IMG/VR virus record: IMGVR_UViG_3300034691_000040
Location: 62,848 to 126,847 of that record
Length of the DNA stretch: 64,000 bases
Origin: a virus
Reading direction: 5' to 3' (one strand)
Positions 9,083 through 18,914 of this stretch are shown here, piece after piece. The notes beneath the pieces are model-generated. The model searched no databases and was not told the DNA's origin. It worked only from the letters and a program-made list of their open reading frames with translations. How positions within the stretch are numbered: the first letter of the stretch is position 1; each line of letters begins with the position of its first letter. Both the position numbers and the translations under genes were made by a program.

Positions 9083-9982
9083 TTACTTACCCGCTTTCTC
9101 AATCACGGAGAGGTTCTTCTTCATCGCCTCTACATGCTGAGGTACGATCTCAAGCAACGCTGCGGCTGCGCTAACCGTGACGCCGAGCTTATAGAACAAC
9201 TCAGAGAGCTGACTACCCACTTTACCGGATACCGTGTCATCGTGCTTGGCAAGATGCTCTTTGAAGCTTGTGGACAAATCAGCGAAGCGGCCCACCATGC
9301 CATTTACACTGGACAGGTCGACTTTAGCCAAACGGTCATTCAGCGCATTGGTCAGTTTGTAAGCGTGCTCCATGTCAGCGTTACGGTCGATCACTTTGGA
9401 GGCTTGTGCTTCTGGTGCGTTAGACCCCGTGAAGTACTGCTTAAGCTTACTGAGGACCTCCAGGCTGACCAAAGGGATCTGACCTTTGAGTTCCTTGATA
9501 CCGCTCTGAGCAGCCAGACGATCAGGTTCGTTCAGAATCTGTGCCAGACGCGTGTTGCTCTTTTTCAGCGTGGCTTCCAACTCTTCAACCTGCGGCAGCA
9601 CGTTCGTGATCAGGTATTCAAGAAACGAAACCCACTTGCCGGTGAACCCAGGGGCTACATGTACCATAACCAACCGGTTAGTGGCATAAGGGTTTTTGTT
9701 AAACGCGATCACAGCCGCGTCGTAATCCAGATGGTTACTACGGTAGTTACCTACTTTAAGCCCATTAAGGAATGTAGAAGACCGGTCAACGAATTCGTTG
9801 AACTTGGACTTTACGGTGTCGACAAATGGCAGAGCCAAAGATTCAGTGGAAAGATCCGAACCCATGCGGCAAATGCTTTCGAGAGAGTTGAGCTCGACAT
9901 TAGCCAGCTCGTTCATGATGTTCGGGTTAAGTTTGGACATGAAGGTGTTGCCTCCGGCTAATTCAGGGGGTGTAGATTCCAT
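9083..9982 (-). CDS. Internal head protein with S-x-E maturation sites
   Basis: 299 aa, predicted helical; N-terminal SLE and STE motifs; lies between RNase H and UvsX as in phiKZ-like phages. Confidence 0.6.
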   Translation of the reverse strand: MESTPPELAGGNTFMSKLNPNIMNELANVELNSLESICRMGSDLSTESLALPFVDTVKSKFNEFVDRSSTFLNGLKVGNYRSNHLDYDAAVIAFNKNPYATNRLVMVHVAPGFTGKWVSFLEYLITNVLPQVEELEATLKKSNTRLAQILNEPDRLAAQSGIKELKGQIPLVSLEVLSKLKQYFTGSNAPEAQASKVIDRNADMEHAYKLTNALNDRLAKVDLSSVNGMVGRFADLSTSFKEHLAKHDDTVSGKVGSQLSELFYKLGVTVSAAAALLEIVPQHVEAMKKNLSVIEKAGK

Positions 9983-10048
9983 ATCAGAACTACTAAGTTA
10001 CCACTAAACCCTATACTGTGTATTTAAAAATCAGCGGAGCATTTAAAC

Positions 10049-11506
10049 GTGGCGGTAGCATTCGGAAATCAGTACGACAAGAAGGCTCGGGCGTTTTATC
10101 CAATGCCTAACTTGGGCACCATTCTCGACATTTCAGCAGGGTCCTGGGTTCGTGGCCATAAAGGCCAATGGATTCTCAATGGGGGGTTTGCACAGTTCTG
10201 GGGGATCATCGCTGAACCTAACATGTTCAAGTCCACCTTAGCAGCCGCCTGTGCAGGCGCTGTGATGCGTGCCTTTGACGATTCGATCATGCACGCCCAT
10301 GACACTGAGTCCAGCATGCAAGCGCGTCGTGTAGAGCGTCTGGTGCGGGAAGCGATGGCACTGCTGCTGCCGGGTATCGTTGTTCCAGAAGATTTGATCG
10401 CCTGCGGTCGTTTGTTCTTCACCAGTTCTGTCGACCTTGACGGCACTGAAATGATTAACAACTTGAAAGCGTTTGCTAAAGAACGGTTCAAGAATGAAAA
10501 GCAGGTGGCCTACGAGATCATCGACCCGCAGACCGGCAAGCCTTACATGTACTTCGTTCCAGTGATCGAGTTCACCGACTCCTTCTCCGGACTGAAGACT
10601 GAAGGTGCTACCGAGATGCTGGAGAAGAACGATGTGGGTTCTTCCGATAACAACATGTTGGCAATGCGCGTCAACAGCGGCAAGAGCCAGATCATCGACC
10701 AGGCGCCTGACCTTGTTGCTAAGCATGGCATCTACTGGCTGACCACCGGCCATATCGGTCAGTCGTACCAACTCGATCCTCGTAAGCCTAACGTCAAGCT
10801 CCTTAAGGGCATGAAAGGCGATCTGAAGATCAAGCGCATTCCTGAAAACTATTCGTTCCAGACCGGTAACTGCTACGCGATCACTTATTACTCGCCTTTG
10901 ATGGGTGATGACAAACGTGCTGAATTCCCATGGTCCCCTGAGTCGGTCGACATGACCACTGACCTGTTGGAAATCCGCGTCACGAACTACCGCGGTAAGT
11001 TTGGTATCGATAACATCCCTCTGCCTTTGATCATCTCGAAGAAAGAAGGTCTGCTTCCGTACATGTCCAACTTCTACTACCTGCTGCGTAACGCCGCGCG
11101 CTACGGCCTGGTAGGTAACGTGCAACACTACGCTCTGGCTTTGGTGCCAGACGTGTCGCTGTCCCGTACCAAAGTGCGTCAAAAGCTGCGTGAGTCTTAT
11201 GCTTTGCAGAACGCTGCTCGCATCCTGATGGAAATGCACTGGGAGATGACCACCAGCGTTACCTTCCCGGATGAGCTGCGCTGCGAACCAACGCAACTGT
11301 ATGAAGAAATCAAGGCCATGGGCTATGATTGGGATTTGCTTCTGAATACTCGGTACTGGTTCAGTACTGTAGAGCAGGGCGCAAAGACTCCTTATCTGTC
11401 CACCCGCGATTTACTGCTGATGCGTGTGAATCAATACCACCCGTACTGGTACCCAAAAACCCGTAAAGAAATGGGGCTACCCGAGATCGAACTTCAAGGG
11501 AGTTAA
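10049..11506 (+). CDS. uvsX: UvsX/RecA-like recombinase
   Basis: Walker A-like AEPNMFKST, HDTES, Walker B-like EFTDSFSG, TGHIG; GTG start with SD GGAG. Confidence 0.85.
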   Translation: MAVAFGNQYDKKARAFYPMPNLGTILDISAGSWVRGHKGQWILNGGFAQFWGIIAEPNMFKSTLAAACAGAVMRAFDDSIMHAHDTESSMQARRVERLVREAMALLLPGIVVPEDLIACGRLFFTSSVDLDGTEMINNLKAFAKERFKNEKQVAYEIIDPQTGKPYMYFVPVIEFTDSFSGLKTEGATEMLEKNDVGSSDNNMLAMRVNSGKSQIIDQAPDLVAKHGIYWLTTGHIGQSYQLDPRKPNVKLLKGMKGDLKIKRIPENYSFQTGNCYAITYYSPLMGDDKRAEFPWSPESVDMTTDLLEIRVTNYRGKFGIDNIPLPLIISKKEGLLPYMSNFYYLLRNAARYGLVGNVQHYALALVPDVSLSRTKVRQKLRESYALQNAARILMEMHWEMTTSVTFPDELRCEPTQLYEEIKAMGYDWDLLLNTRYWFSTVEQGAKTPYLSTRDLLLMRVNQYHPYWYPKTRKEMGLPEIELQGS

Positions 11507-11536
11507 CCCAAGTAACCGTATAAGGATAAGTCAGTC

Positions 11537-11818
11537 ATGAGTGAACGATCCCTGGTCGACAAAGTTGCCGATCTACTTGGCAACAGCAGTGCCGCCCGTA
11601 AAAATGCTTTCGTGCGTAGCTTCTCAGCGCCTAAAGCAGGTGGCGATGAAGTCAAGTCACTCAATGACTACTTTCGGGTAGAACTGAGTAAAGTTGAAGC
11701 ATCCACCATTGATGAGCGCGGTTGCTTGCTCGATGGTATTGCTCCTTCGAAATGGCTGCAGTACTTCGAAGCACACGTTCTCCCAACCCTCATTCGGTTC
11801 GAGCTTCCAAAGGACTGA
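11537..11818 (+). CDS. Conserved hypothetical protein (93 aa)
   Basis: SD AAGGA; in operon with uvsX and the vRNAP fragment. Confidence 0.7.
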   Translation: MSERSLVDKVADLLGNSSAARKNAFVRSFSAPKAGGDEVKSLNDYFRVELSKVEASTIDERGCLLDGIAPSKWLQYFEAHVLPTLIRFELPKD

Positions 11819-11821
11819 ATC

Positions 11822-12556
11822 ATGAACGAAAAACGCCGTAAGGTTACCGAGTTCATCCTCAAGAATTTCGACAAGATTCTTCCTGGGGATAAAACGAACT
11901 CTGAAAGTCTAAAGGCTGCTTTCGACAAGATGTCTGACAGCGAGTTCGAGGCGTACATCAAACGCCTTGCGCCCGCTAAGACACCCGATGAAATCAAGCA
12001 GCGGTTGTTCCTGCCGTTTTACGTACCCAACCTGCGTCCAAATGGAGTGCGTTTATCCATTGCCCGTAATTACCAAATTGCGCGTGACCTGGGTCGCAGC
12101 ATTGAAGAACGGTTGATCATGACCGATGGCGCTACAGGGCTCAAGTACATCACACCACATGCTTATCCGGTTTATGATTTGCAGGTGCGTCGTCAAGCAC
12201 AGACCGGTAGCAAGAAGCGTTCGATCCCTGAGCACCACCAGCGTCTCGATGACCTGACCGACCAACCGACTGTGGACTCAAAAGGCAGTCGTATCTCTTC
12301 ACCTGAGTTCGGGTCTCTGATCCAGAAGCGTCTGGACAATACCGTTATTGAACTGACACACGTTCGTGGCGGTAACGCGTTGGCAGCTCGTGAGTTCACG
12401 CGGGCACTGGTGGAAGATGGTGAGGTTAACCTTTCGCAATTGGAAGGGTTGGGTATTGCTCGTTCGACTAAGACCTTGTCGACGTTCCTGAACACTATGC
12501 TGATCGGTAATAACCTCGATCCGTCAACAAAGGTTCCAGATGATGCAAGAAAATAA
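11822..12556 (+). CDS. rpoB: Virion RNA polymerase beta subunit, C-terminal fragment (phiKZ gp149-like)
   Basis: RRQAQ...KK, DDLTDQPT, SKGSRISSPE (counterpart of bacterial GGQRFGEME); size and synteny fit. Confidence 0.8.
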   Translation: MNEKRRKVTEFILKNFDKILPGDKTNSESLKAAFDKMSDSEFEAYIKRLAPAKTPDEIKQRLFLPFYVPNLRPNGVRLSIARNYQIARDLGRSIEERLIMTDGATGLKYITPHAYPVYDLQVRRQAQTGSKKRSIPEHHQRLDDLTDQPTVDSKGSRISSPEFGSLIQKRLDNTVIELTHVRGGNALAAREFTRALVEDGEVNLSQLEGLGIARSTKTLSTFLNTMLIGNNLDPSTKVPDDARK

Positions 12557-13040
12557 AGGCAATGATTTTTTTGTGGAGTTGGCGAAAGATGTAGCATTGC
12601 GCTACGCAATCCACGATGAGGCTGAGCAGAAGGTCCGGTCGATTTACATTGAATGCGCCAAGGTCGTTAACTGGCAAGCAAACATGAGTTCGGACAAGGC
12701 TGCCGATGAGGTACTGAACCACCTGCAAGTGCATGGCGATAAAGCAAGTATGGTTATTAACATGACCAGCAGCTTCATGTTCAGGGCGGGGATTACCGCA
12801 TTTCAACAACGCCTAGAGCTGGCTACCCTGCTCGCTGAAAGCGTCTCTTGGCCGCGTGATGTAAAAGAGTTCGGGGCGGTTCAGGCACGGTTGACGACTA
12901 CGGCTGAAAATGCCCGTAACACGTTTACCGGCAGTCCATGGATGATGTTCCTGTACCTGCTCAGCATGGGCGATGTCATTCAAGCGTTGGATGCCGCGCG
13001 TGTGAAATCAAAAGCTCCCGCTCCAAAACCAGCTACTTAA
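12540..13040 (+). CDS. Conserved hypothetical protein (166 aa)
   Basis: Overlaps the vRNAP fragment stop; predicted helical. Confidence 0.7.
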   Translation: MMQENKGNDFFVELAKDVALRYAIHDEAEQKVRSIYIECAKVVNWQANMSSDKAADEVLNHLQVHGDKASMVINMTSSFMFRAGITAFQQRLELATLLAESVSWPRDVKEFGAVQARLTTTAENARNTFTGSPWMMFLYLLSMGDVIQALDAARVKSKAPAPKPAT

Positions 13041-13049
13041 GGTCCAACC

Positions 13050-13814
13050 ATGAAACAACATGCTATCATTGATGTTAACATGTTGGCCGATACACGACTT
13101 GGAGCCGTCAGGCGCATTGACGAAACAATCGCTAATGTGCTTGGCGCTTCCAACGTTTACCGCGACCGACATCATGACAACTTTGATCTCCTGACGAATG
13201 GTCAAATTGACCGTCAGGAGTATCAAAGCCTTTATGCCAAACAAGAGGCAGATACGCTAGGCGCTTCGAAGATGACAGAGTTTGTCTATTACCTTCGAAA
13301 AGACATGGTGGATGCCAGCAACCGCATGGAGCGCGGCGCTGGCATCACTTCGGTTACGATCGATATCAACCTCTTTCCGTACACCGAACTGACCGACACT
13401 GAGATCAAAATCTTCGTCCGTGCAGTCAGACGGTACTTCCCGCACAACATCACGGTCAATGCAATCAACGTCCCATGGGCCGAGCTCACTCCTGAAATCG
13501 TTGCACGTACCTACGACATGATTGCCATTTACAACCACGAGGATTGGTTAATCCCGAATGAGAAAGCGCTTATTGCAAGACGCCTTCCTAACGTGGTCAT
13601 GCTGACGCCAACGATTGCAACCAGCGGGGAGCTTCCTGAAAAGAATCCTGATGTGGAAAACCCATTCAGTGCACGGTCAATGGTGTTGGTGAAGTTTATC
13701 GCCCTCACATATATCCCGACCGCATGGGCTTGTCACAACCCCATCATTCATCAGGAGATACAAAATCAGAAACATCGAGCGAAGACTCCCCCGAATCCCG
13801 CTCCCCAGGTTTGA
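13050..13814 (+). CDS. Conserved phiKZ-like core protein, possibly degenerate HAD-like fold
   Basis: N-terminal IIDVNMLADTRLG resembles the hhDhDxLxDTRLG pattern recalled from jumbo-phage core genes. Confidence 0.55.
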   Translation: MKQHAIIDVNMLADTRLGAVRRIDETIANVLGASNVYRDRHHDNFDLLTNGQIDRQEYQSLYAKQEADTLGASKMTEFVYYLRKDMVDASNRMERGAGITSVTIDINLFPYTELTDTEIKIFVRAVRRYFPHNITVNAINVPWAELTPEIVARTYDMIAIYNHEDWLIPNEKALIARRLPNVVMLTPTIATSGELPEKNPDVENPFSARSMVLVKFIALTYIPTAWACHNPIIHQEIQNQKHRAKTPPNPAPQV

Positions 13815-14220
13815 AGCTCACTTCCGGTGGGACGTAACCTTCTGGCAGGATTGAACTGATACGCTCGCCGGTGATTTCACGCTCCTCGCCAACCGCAAGA
13901 AATGGATCACGCCCACCGAACATTTCGCGAATCTCGCGAACAGCTTTGATGGCCTCAGCCCCATTGTCGCCAATCTTTTCTTCAATATCGAGCTTACGGG
14001 TTGTGAGTGCGGATTGGTCCATGCCGTTTAACAGCATGATCAGATCACCCATCTTGTCAGGGATCTGCGTACCACCGACTGTGAGCTTCTCTGTGGCCAT
14101 GTACCGCATTTGCTGCGTGAATCTGACCACTGCCATCGGATCGGTGTCGCGTTCAGTAAACCCGGCTACAGGCGCTGTAGTCACACCAGGGATGCGGGGT
14201 AGTTCGTCAAAGTTGCTCAT
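13744..14220 (-). CDS. Conserved hypothetical protein (158 aa)
   Basis: ATG 14220 with SD GAGGT (MSNFDELPRIPG...); the upstream extension in the ORF track is unlikely. Confidence 0.7.
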   Translation of the reverse strand: MSNFDELPRIPGVTTAPVAGFTERDTDPMAVVRFTQQMRYMATEKLTVGGTQIPDKMGDLIMLLNGMDQSALTTRKLDIEEKIGDNGAEAIKAVREIREMFGGRDPFLAVGEEREITGERISSILPEGYVPPEVSFKPGERDSGESSLDVSDFVSPDE

Positions 14221-14257
14221 TTCGATACCTCTCTTTAATCCCTTCGTTGGAGGGGGC

Positions 14258-14767
14258 ATGTTTAAACAATTGTGGACTCGGCTTTTTAAAAGACCGGTGG
14301 TGGAACCTGTAACAGAACCTTTGTCTGATGATCCTTGGGTCAGAAGTAAACAACTCTCTGATCCCATTTATACACTAGACTTGGCTGAACTAAATGCAGA
14401 CCACTTAGACCTCAAAGTCCAAGTGTGTAGCGATAACGTCTACGAGTTACTGGCGTGGCTGGAAATCTCTATACGATGCATTGAAACAGAAGGGGATGTC
14501 ACAGAAGAGTGGAAGTTGGATCAAAGGCAGCGTGAGGCAATATGGCTTGTGGACTACTACTTCCACGATAAGACGGGGTATTGGGCACCGCAGGTTGTGT
14601 GGATTCAAGTGCTCGAAAAGATCCGAATCATACATCATCTACTTGAGACTAAGGACATAAACTTTGGTCATCTTTACCATCGTTACATGGTCAAGCACCT
14701 GACTGTTGTTATCAGGGATGCCATCAGTGTAATGGAACTTTCACTCACGCTCAGCAACAAATCCTAA
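14258..14767 (+). CDS. Hypothetical protein (169 aa)
   Basis: ATG 14258 with SD GGAGGGGG; the ORF-track extension to 13871 is antisense to the neighbouring gene. Confidence 0.7.
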   Translation: MFKQLWTRLFKRPVVEPVTEPLSDDPWVRSKQLSDPIYTLDLAELNADHLDLKVQVCSDNVYELLAWLEISIRCIETEGDVTEEWKLDQRQREAIWLVDYYFHDKTGYWAPQVVWIQVLEKIRIIHHLLETKDINFGHLYHRYMVKHLTVVIRDAISVMELSLTLSNKS

Positions 14768-14821
14768 AGTCAAGCCATCAGATACCTGTAAGCTTGCACA
14801 CGCATTAAAGGATAATACGCC

Positions 14822-15292
14822 ATGACAAGACGCAGTCGGTCTACACGATCTACGTTTCGAGAGTTGCTTCAAGATAATACCAAGAAGATGGACAAGAGTG
14901 AAAACATCCCCGCTCACTTAGTACGGGACATGTTGCTCACCCATGGTATCTCACCTGCCCAGTGGGACAAGATGGCGGATCAGTATTACCGAAAGGTTAA
15001 CGCTAATTCCAAAAATGAAGTCGACCTGCTCAAAGTCACTCATGACAAGAGCAACATGGCCAAAGCTTTGGCTAAAGACACCTTACCTTGGAGACGGTGT
15101 GAATCAACCATCCAGATCCTAGGTCCTGTCAGTTATAAAGTGAGTATTGAACTTACTTTCGCTAACGGTGTCACGTACAAGCACGAAGTGTTCAAACGCA
15201 ACAAGTACTACGAGCCTGATGCGGTTGAAGGTGACGAAGACGAACAGGCTGAAGATATCGAAGATGAGCCGAAGGAAAATGACGATGAATAA
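14822..15292 (+). CDS. Conserved hypothetical protein with acidic tail
   Basis: SD AAAGGA; basic N-terminus, D/E-rich C-terminus. Confidence 0.75.
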   Translation: MTRRSRSTRSTFRELLQDNTKKMDKSENIPAHLVRDMLLTHGISPAQWDKMADQYYRKVNANSKNEVDLLKVTHDKSNMAKALAKDTLPWRRCESTIQILGPVSYKVSIELTFANGVTYKHEVFKRNKYYEPDAVEGDEDEQAEDIEDEPKENDDE

Positions 15293-15758
15293 GCCAGCCC
15301 TGCCAGATCCTACATTGGACGGAGTTGACCATATCCGCATCGACCTTAATGCCACCAGTCGGTTAGGTCGCAAGCTTCCCCTGTTAGCTGATGTACGGGT
15401 TACTCACCCTAAGCATGGTATCTTCCGCACAGCCCAGGGTTTGTGGGAGTACCTGAAGGTTGAGAAAGATCTCGAAGAACTCAAAGCGGCAACTGGGTTT
15501 GAAGCAAAGAAGATCAGCAGTCGACATACACCCAAGTGGAGCAAACGGTTTAAAGAAGATGTAAAGACCGCGATGGTTTCGAAGATTGAAGACAACATCG
15601 AGATCTACGTCGCCTTCGCAGAAAGCTCGTTACCGTTTCGTTATTACCACATGCAGCGCAATCGTAAAATCATTGAGCCTAAAGAAACACTGTGGCTCAC
15701 TGAGTGGCTCGAAGAGTATCGGGCTGAAGTAAAAGCACGAATCAGTAAAGTTAAGTAA
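15285..15758 (+). CDS. NADAR/YbiA-like protein (T4 gp30.3 type), degenerate
   Basis: DGVDHIRI...LGR, GxFRTAQGLWEYLK, GFEAKK, AMVSKIEDN...ESSLPF resemble phage NADAR-family patterns. Confidence 0.5.
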   Translation: MNKPALPDPTLDGVDHIRIDLNATSRLGRKLPLLADVRVTHPKHGIFRTAQGLWEYLKVEKDLEELKAATGFEAKKISSRHTPKWSKRFKEDVKTAMVSKIEDNIEIYVAFAESSLPFRYYHMQRNRKIIEPKETLWLTEWLEEYRAEVKARISKVK

Positions 15759-15765
15759 GCGTTAG

Positions 15766-15810
15766 CGCCGACCGGGGAAACCTGGTCGGCGTATGCCGCA
15801 TTCTTTTTTT
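15766..15810 (+). terminator. Hairpin with TATGCCG and T-tract
   Basis: 11-bp stem, GAAA loop, then TATGCCGCATTCTTTTTTT. Confidence 0.8.
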
Positions 15811-15844
15811 GTTTATCATGTGAACGTTACTGAGGATTTAGGTG

Positions 15845-16852
15845 ATGGCTAGTCGTTTGGCAGGAACCGTATTTCAAACCAATGGTCGTGAGGCCATGTT
15901 GGCTCAAGATGCCTATGGTATCTCCAACCAACAAACCAAGAACACCGTATTCGATTCACTGAAAGGAGTTTATTCGGAGGGTATTTCAGGACTCCAAACA
16001 AACCCATCGTCCATCAAGCAACTGACCCAACTGATCCTGAGTTCTAAAAACGGTAATGTCGATAAGGCAGACATGCTTGACAGAGCCCTTAGCGCTATGG
16101 GTTCGTCACTTCCTGCGCTTATCGGCAGTATCGCAGGTGGGGTTAAGAACCAACTGGCCGGTGCGGCAGGTACTCTGATCGGACCTGGTGCCGAAAAGGC
16201 TGTAAACGTTGTTTACGGGAACCTTGGGAAGATTGTTAAAGTTGCAACCGTCAATGACCTGAGTGGTCTGGCTGACGTTCTTAACGAACTGACGGGTAAC
16301 AGCGAATTGATGAAGGTCATCAACATCGAAGCGGAAGCTGCGGTGCTCGGTGGTCTGATGGGGATGTTGATTCAATACGACATTCCTGGTCTTCTCGATG
16401 ACGTCGCTAACATGGCAGGTAGCTCAGAGTCTTTGAAGCTGGCTTACCAGTACGTCTCTACAGACTCAATCGTCGGAACCGACCTTGCGACCATCAACCG
16501 GGTGATTGATAAGATTGGCCTGGCTGCGTATTTGGAAGTAAACCCAAATCCTATCAACACGATCTTGTCCGGATTCTATTTCGGTACGGGCGATACCGTC
16601 GACACATACCCGACTAAGCGTGCATTATTGATCAGTACGCTGAATCGTATTGACCCTCATTGGGAGGAGTACAATCGTAACGGTGTCTACGTCAAGAACC
16701 TGAGTGCCTTTTCAGTCGCCAGCACTGACGCTAAAACCCTGCTTAACTTAGCGGAGCCTGAATCGATCCTTTCAATGATCGCCCCATCGTTCTTAGCCTC
16801 TAGCGTATCACAAGTCATCAAAGCGCTTTATCCTGACGCTTACGTTACCTGA
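15845..16852 (+). CDS. Virion/baseplate-associated protein
   Basis: 335 aa, Ala/Gly/Leu-rich; SD GAGGA; adjacent to the baseplate/tape-measure pair. Confidence 0.6.
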   Translation: MASRLAGTVFQTNGREAMLAQDAYGISNQQTKNTVFDSLKGVYSEGISGLQTNPSSIKQLTQLILSSKNGNVDKADMLDRALSAMGSSLPALIGSIAGGVKNQLAGAAGTLIGPGAEKAVNVVYGNLGKIVKVATVNDLSGLADVLNELTGNSELMKVINIEAEAAVLGGLMGMLIQYDIPGLLDDVANMAGSSESLKLAYQYVSTDSIVGTDLATINRVIDKIGLAAYLEVNPNPINTILSGFYFGTGDTVDTYPTKRALLISTLNRIDPHWEEYNRNGVYVKNLSAFSVASTDAKTLLNLAEPESILSMIAPSFLASSVSQVIKALYPDAYVT

Positions 16853-16855
16853 CAG

Positions 16856-16888
16856 CATAGAGCCCGGCCGCAATGGCCGGGCTCTATG
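16856..16888. terminator. CATA/TATG-flanked hairpin at a convergent junction
   Basis: Perfect 14-bp stem CATAGAGCCCGGCC, loop GCAAT. Confidence 0.75.
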
Positions 16889-16891
16889 ACG

Positions 16892-18856
16892 CTATGGTCT
16901 ATCTGTAGGGCGAGATACCGCTTTCACGATATCACCGATCATGCCATTCATCAAACCACTCACAACACGGTCTGGAGACTTCCATTGGTTATACTGCGCT
17001 CTTGCCTTAGCCATGTTCAACTGCCACTTGCGTGTGCTGTTAATCATGCTGTTAAGCGGTAAGCCGCCCAAGGTCGCCATGTAGTCCGTATATTTGTTAT
17101 CTTCGCTGTAGGTGGATTTGGAAATAGCGTTGACGGCTGTGGTAGCCGTGTCAGTACTAACACCTACAAGTTCAAGTGCTGCGGTTGTAGCGCCTTGCAG
17201 ACCACTGAACGCTGGGTTAATCGGCATACTCATAATCGTAGACAAGTCTACGATCGTAACATGCACATCAATGCCCAGTACGTGACCACCTTGCTTCCAA
17301 CCCACGTCACCCACACCACGTTCGATTGTCAGTGATTCAACCATGCCTTCACGGATCAACGTGTGACCTTGGTTAAACACTTCCAGCAAAGGAGGGCCGT
17401 CGTAGGACGCCATACCCGTAGCGCGAGGCAACGACATGGCCATAATGCCACCCAGCGGAATGAACAGGTTCTTCAACCGTACCCAATCATCACCTGCCCA
17501 AGACCGCAGTGGGATAGTGAACGAGGTTCTGTTCAAGTCAGCCGAAGATGACTCGTACATCTTTTGGATGTCAGCGAAGGAGTTACCCGCCAAAGCAACC
17601 AGACCTTCCAACTGGGCAGACTCAAGGATGCCTTTAGCGACGTTAGAGATCGCAGATACTGCAGCGCCCATGAAACCTGCCACGTTGCCATCCGCCAAGT
17701 TAAACCGAGCCATCCGCGCTTTAGAACTCATCGCGTTGATTTCAGTCTTGATAGATGGTTCAGTGGTCTGGTTGTTAAACGAGTCACTGTTGGTGGGTGT
17801 GAAGTTTACACGTAGGGTAACGAAGTCAGCGCCCATGTGACGTTCTGACTGAAATGACTCACCCGCCTTCTCCCACCAGCCTTGGTCGTTGTTCTCATCC
17901 GGATAGATTTCCGACTTTGACGAATTCTTCGCTTCGTACTTGCCGAGGAACGCGCTGTAGATGCGTTCGTAATCCGCCATCGACGCACCTGGGTCATCAA
18001 GACTGATCAGTTGCGTGTCGACACTGTCAAAGACAATGCGGTTGAACTCATCAGCGCGTTTTGCAGGATCGCCCGTCAGGTTGTTCAGCGCATCATCCAT
18101 CTTGTCCCGGTACCGGTTTGCGAGACGCTGAGGTTTTGTCGACATGCGGAAAACATCAATCCCGCCATCGGTCATTACCACACCGTCATTAAGCACCCGG
18201 TTCATAGAGCCAACGTCAGCTTTATTCGGAACGGAACCTGGATCAAAATAACGTTTTTGCATGTCGTTTGTAAAGTGAGGAGACAGACCCAAGTTCACAA
18301 ACATGCCGTTTACAAAACCACTGTACGCCAACCAGTACGAGTACATGGCAGGTTTCAAGTAGTAGTACTTCGATCGTGGCATGCCGACGAAGAACTTAAA
18401 CATGCTGCCGGCCAGAATGAATGGCTGCAAAGGAATGGTGCCTATGAAACCTGCAACCTTACCGATGTTAAACCACACATCTGGTGCCCGACCAGTACGT
18501 GCCATCGAGCCAGCATGGATGTTGTAGAAGTTACCGAAGAAGTTGGTCAGTGAGTTAAACTGAGGGACCCCGCAACGGATGTGAACCAGTTGGGAGTTAT
18601 CGTCAAGGATTTCACTGTACCACCGACCCATGGGTTCAGATCGGGCAAAAATGGAGGGGTGGCTAATATCACAGTTCTCTGTGAATTGCGACAGTGGGTT
18701 GATCGCCCAATGACCACCCAAGGTTGTATCGATAAACTTTCTGGACGATGATGTCCGGAACCTTCGGTTGTTATCCACCGAGTCAGACAACGAACTAGGG
18801 GGTGCTAAAAAGGCATGGCCCGCCCAACTCTTGTCTAGCACGTATTGACGCGCCAT
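16892..18856 (-). CDS. Baseplate hub-like virion protein (phiKZ gp182-like)
   Basis: ATG 18856 with SD AGAGGAG; directly downstream of the tape measure gene. Confidence 0.65.
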   Translation of the reverse strand: MARQYVLDKSWAGHAFLAPPSSLSDSVDNNRRFRTSSSRKFIDTTLGGHWAINPLSQFTENCDISHPSIFARSEPMGRWYSEILDDNSQLVHIRCGVPQFNSLTNFFGNFYNIHAGSMARTGRAPDVWFNIGKVAGFIGTIPLQPFILAGSMFKFFVGMPRSKYYYLKPAMYSYWLAYSGFVNGMFVNLGLSPHFTNDMQKRYFDPGSVPNKADVGSMNRVLNDGVVMTDGGIDVFRMSTKPQRLANRYRDKMDDALNNLTGDPAKRADEFNRIVFDSVDTQLISLDDPGASMADYERIYSAFLGKYEAKNSSKSEIYPDENNDQGWWEKAGESFQSERHMGADFVTLRVNFTPTNSDSFNNQTTEPSIKTEINAMSSKARMARFNLADGNVAGFMGAAVSAISNVAKGILESAQLEGLVALAGNSFADIQKMYESSSADLNRTSFTIPLRSWAGDDWVRLKNLFIPLGGIMAMSLPRATGMASYDGPPLLEVFNQGHTLIREGMVESLTIERGVGDVGWKQGGHVLGIDVHVTIVDLSTIMSMPINPAFSGLQGATTAALELVGVSTDTATTAVNAISKSTYSEDNKYTDYMATLGGLPLNSMINSTRKWQLNMAKARAQYNQWKSPDRVVSGLMNGMIGDIVKAVSRPTDRP

Positions 18857-18914
18857 AGCGAACTCCTCTTGGGTTAAGCGAAAGAGGTGGGGGCGGTTTC
18901 CCACCCCCGTGTCC

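Noticed and set aside
10238-11296. 352-aa ORF antisense to uvsX; similarly 8969..9961, 32120..33271, 33914..34804 and 54011..55168
   Set aside because: Same shadow-ORF effect; each lies opposite a well-supported gene.
13871-14257. Long N-terminal extension of the + strand ORF, and extension of the minus-strand ORF to 14367
   Set aside because: They would overlap each other antisense; internal ATGs at 14258 and 14220 have good SDs.
18889-18908. G/C-rich imperfect hairpin between the tape measure and baseplate genes
   Set aside because: Short, interrupted stem with no tail or TATG; too weak to call.
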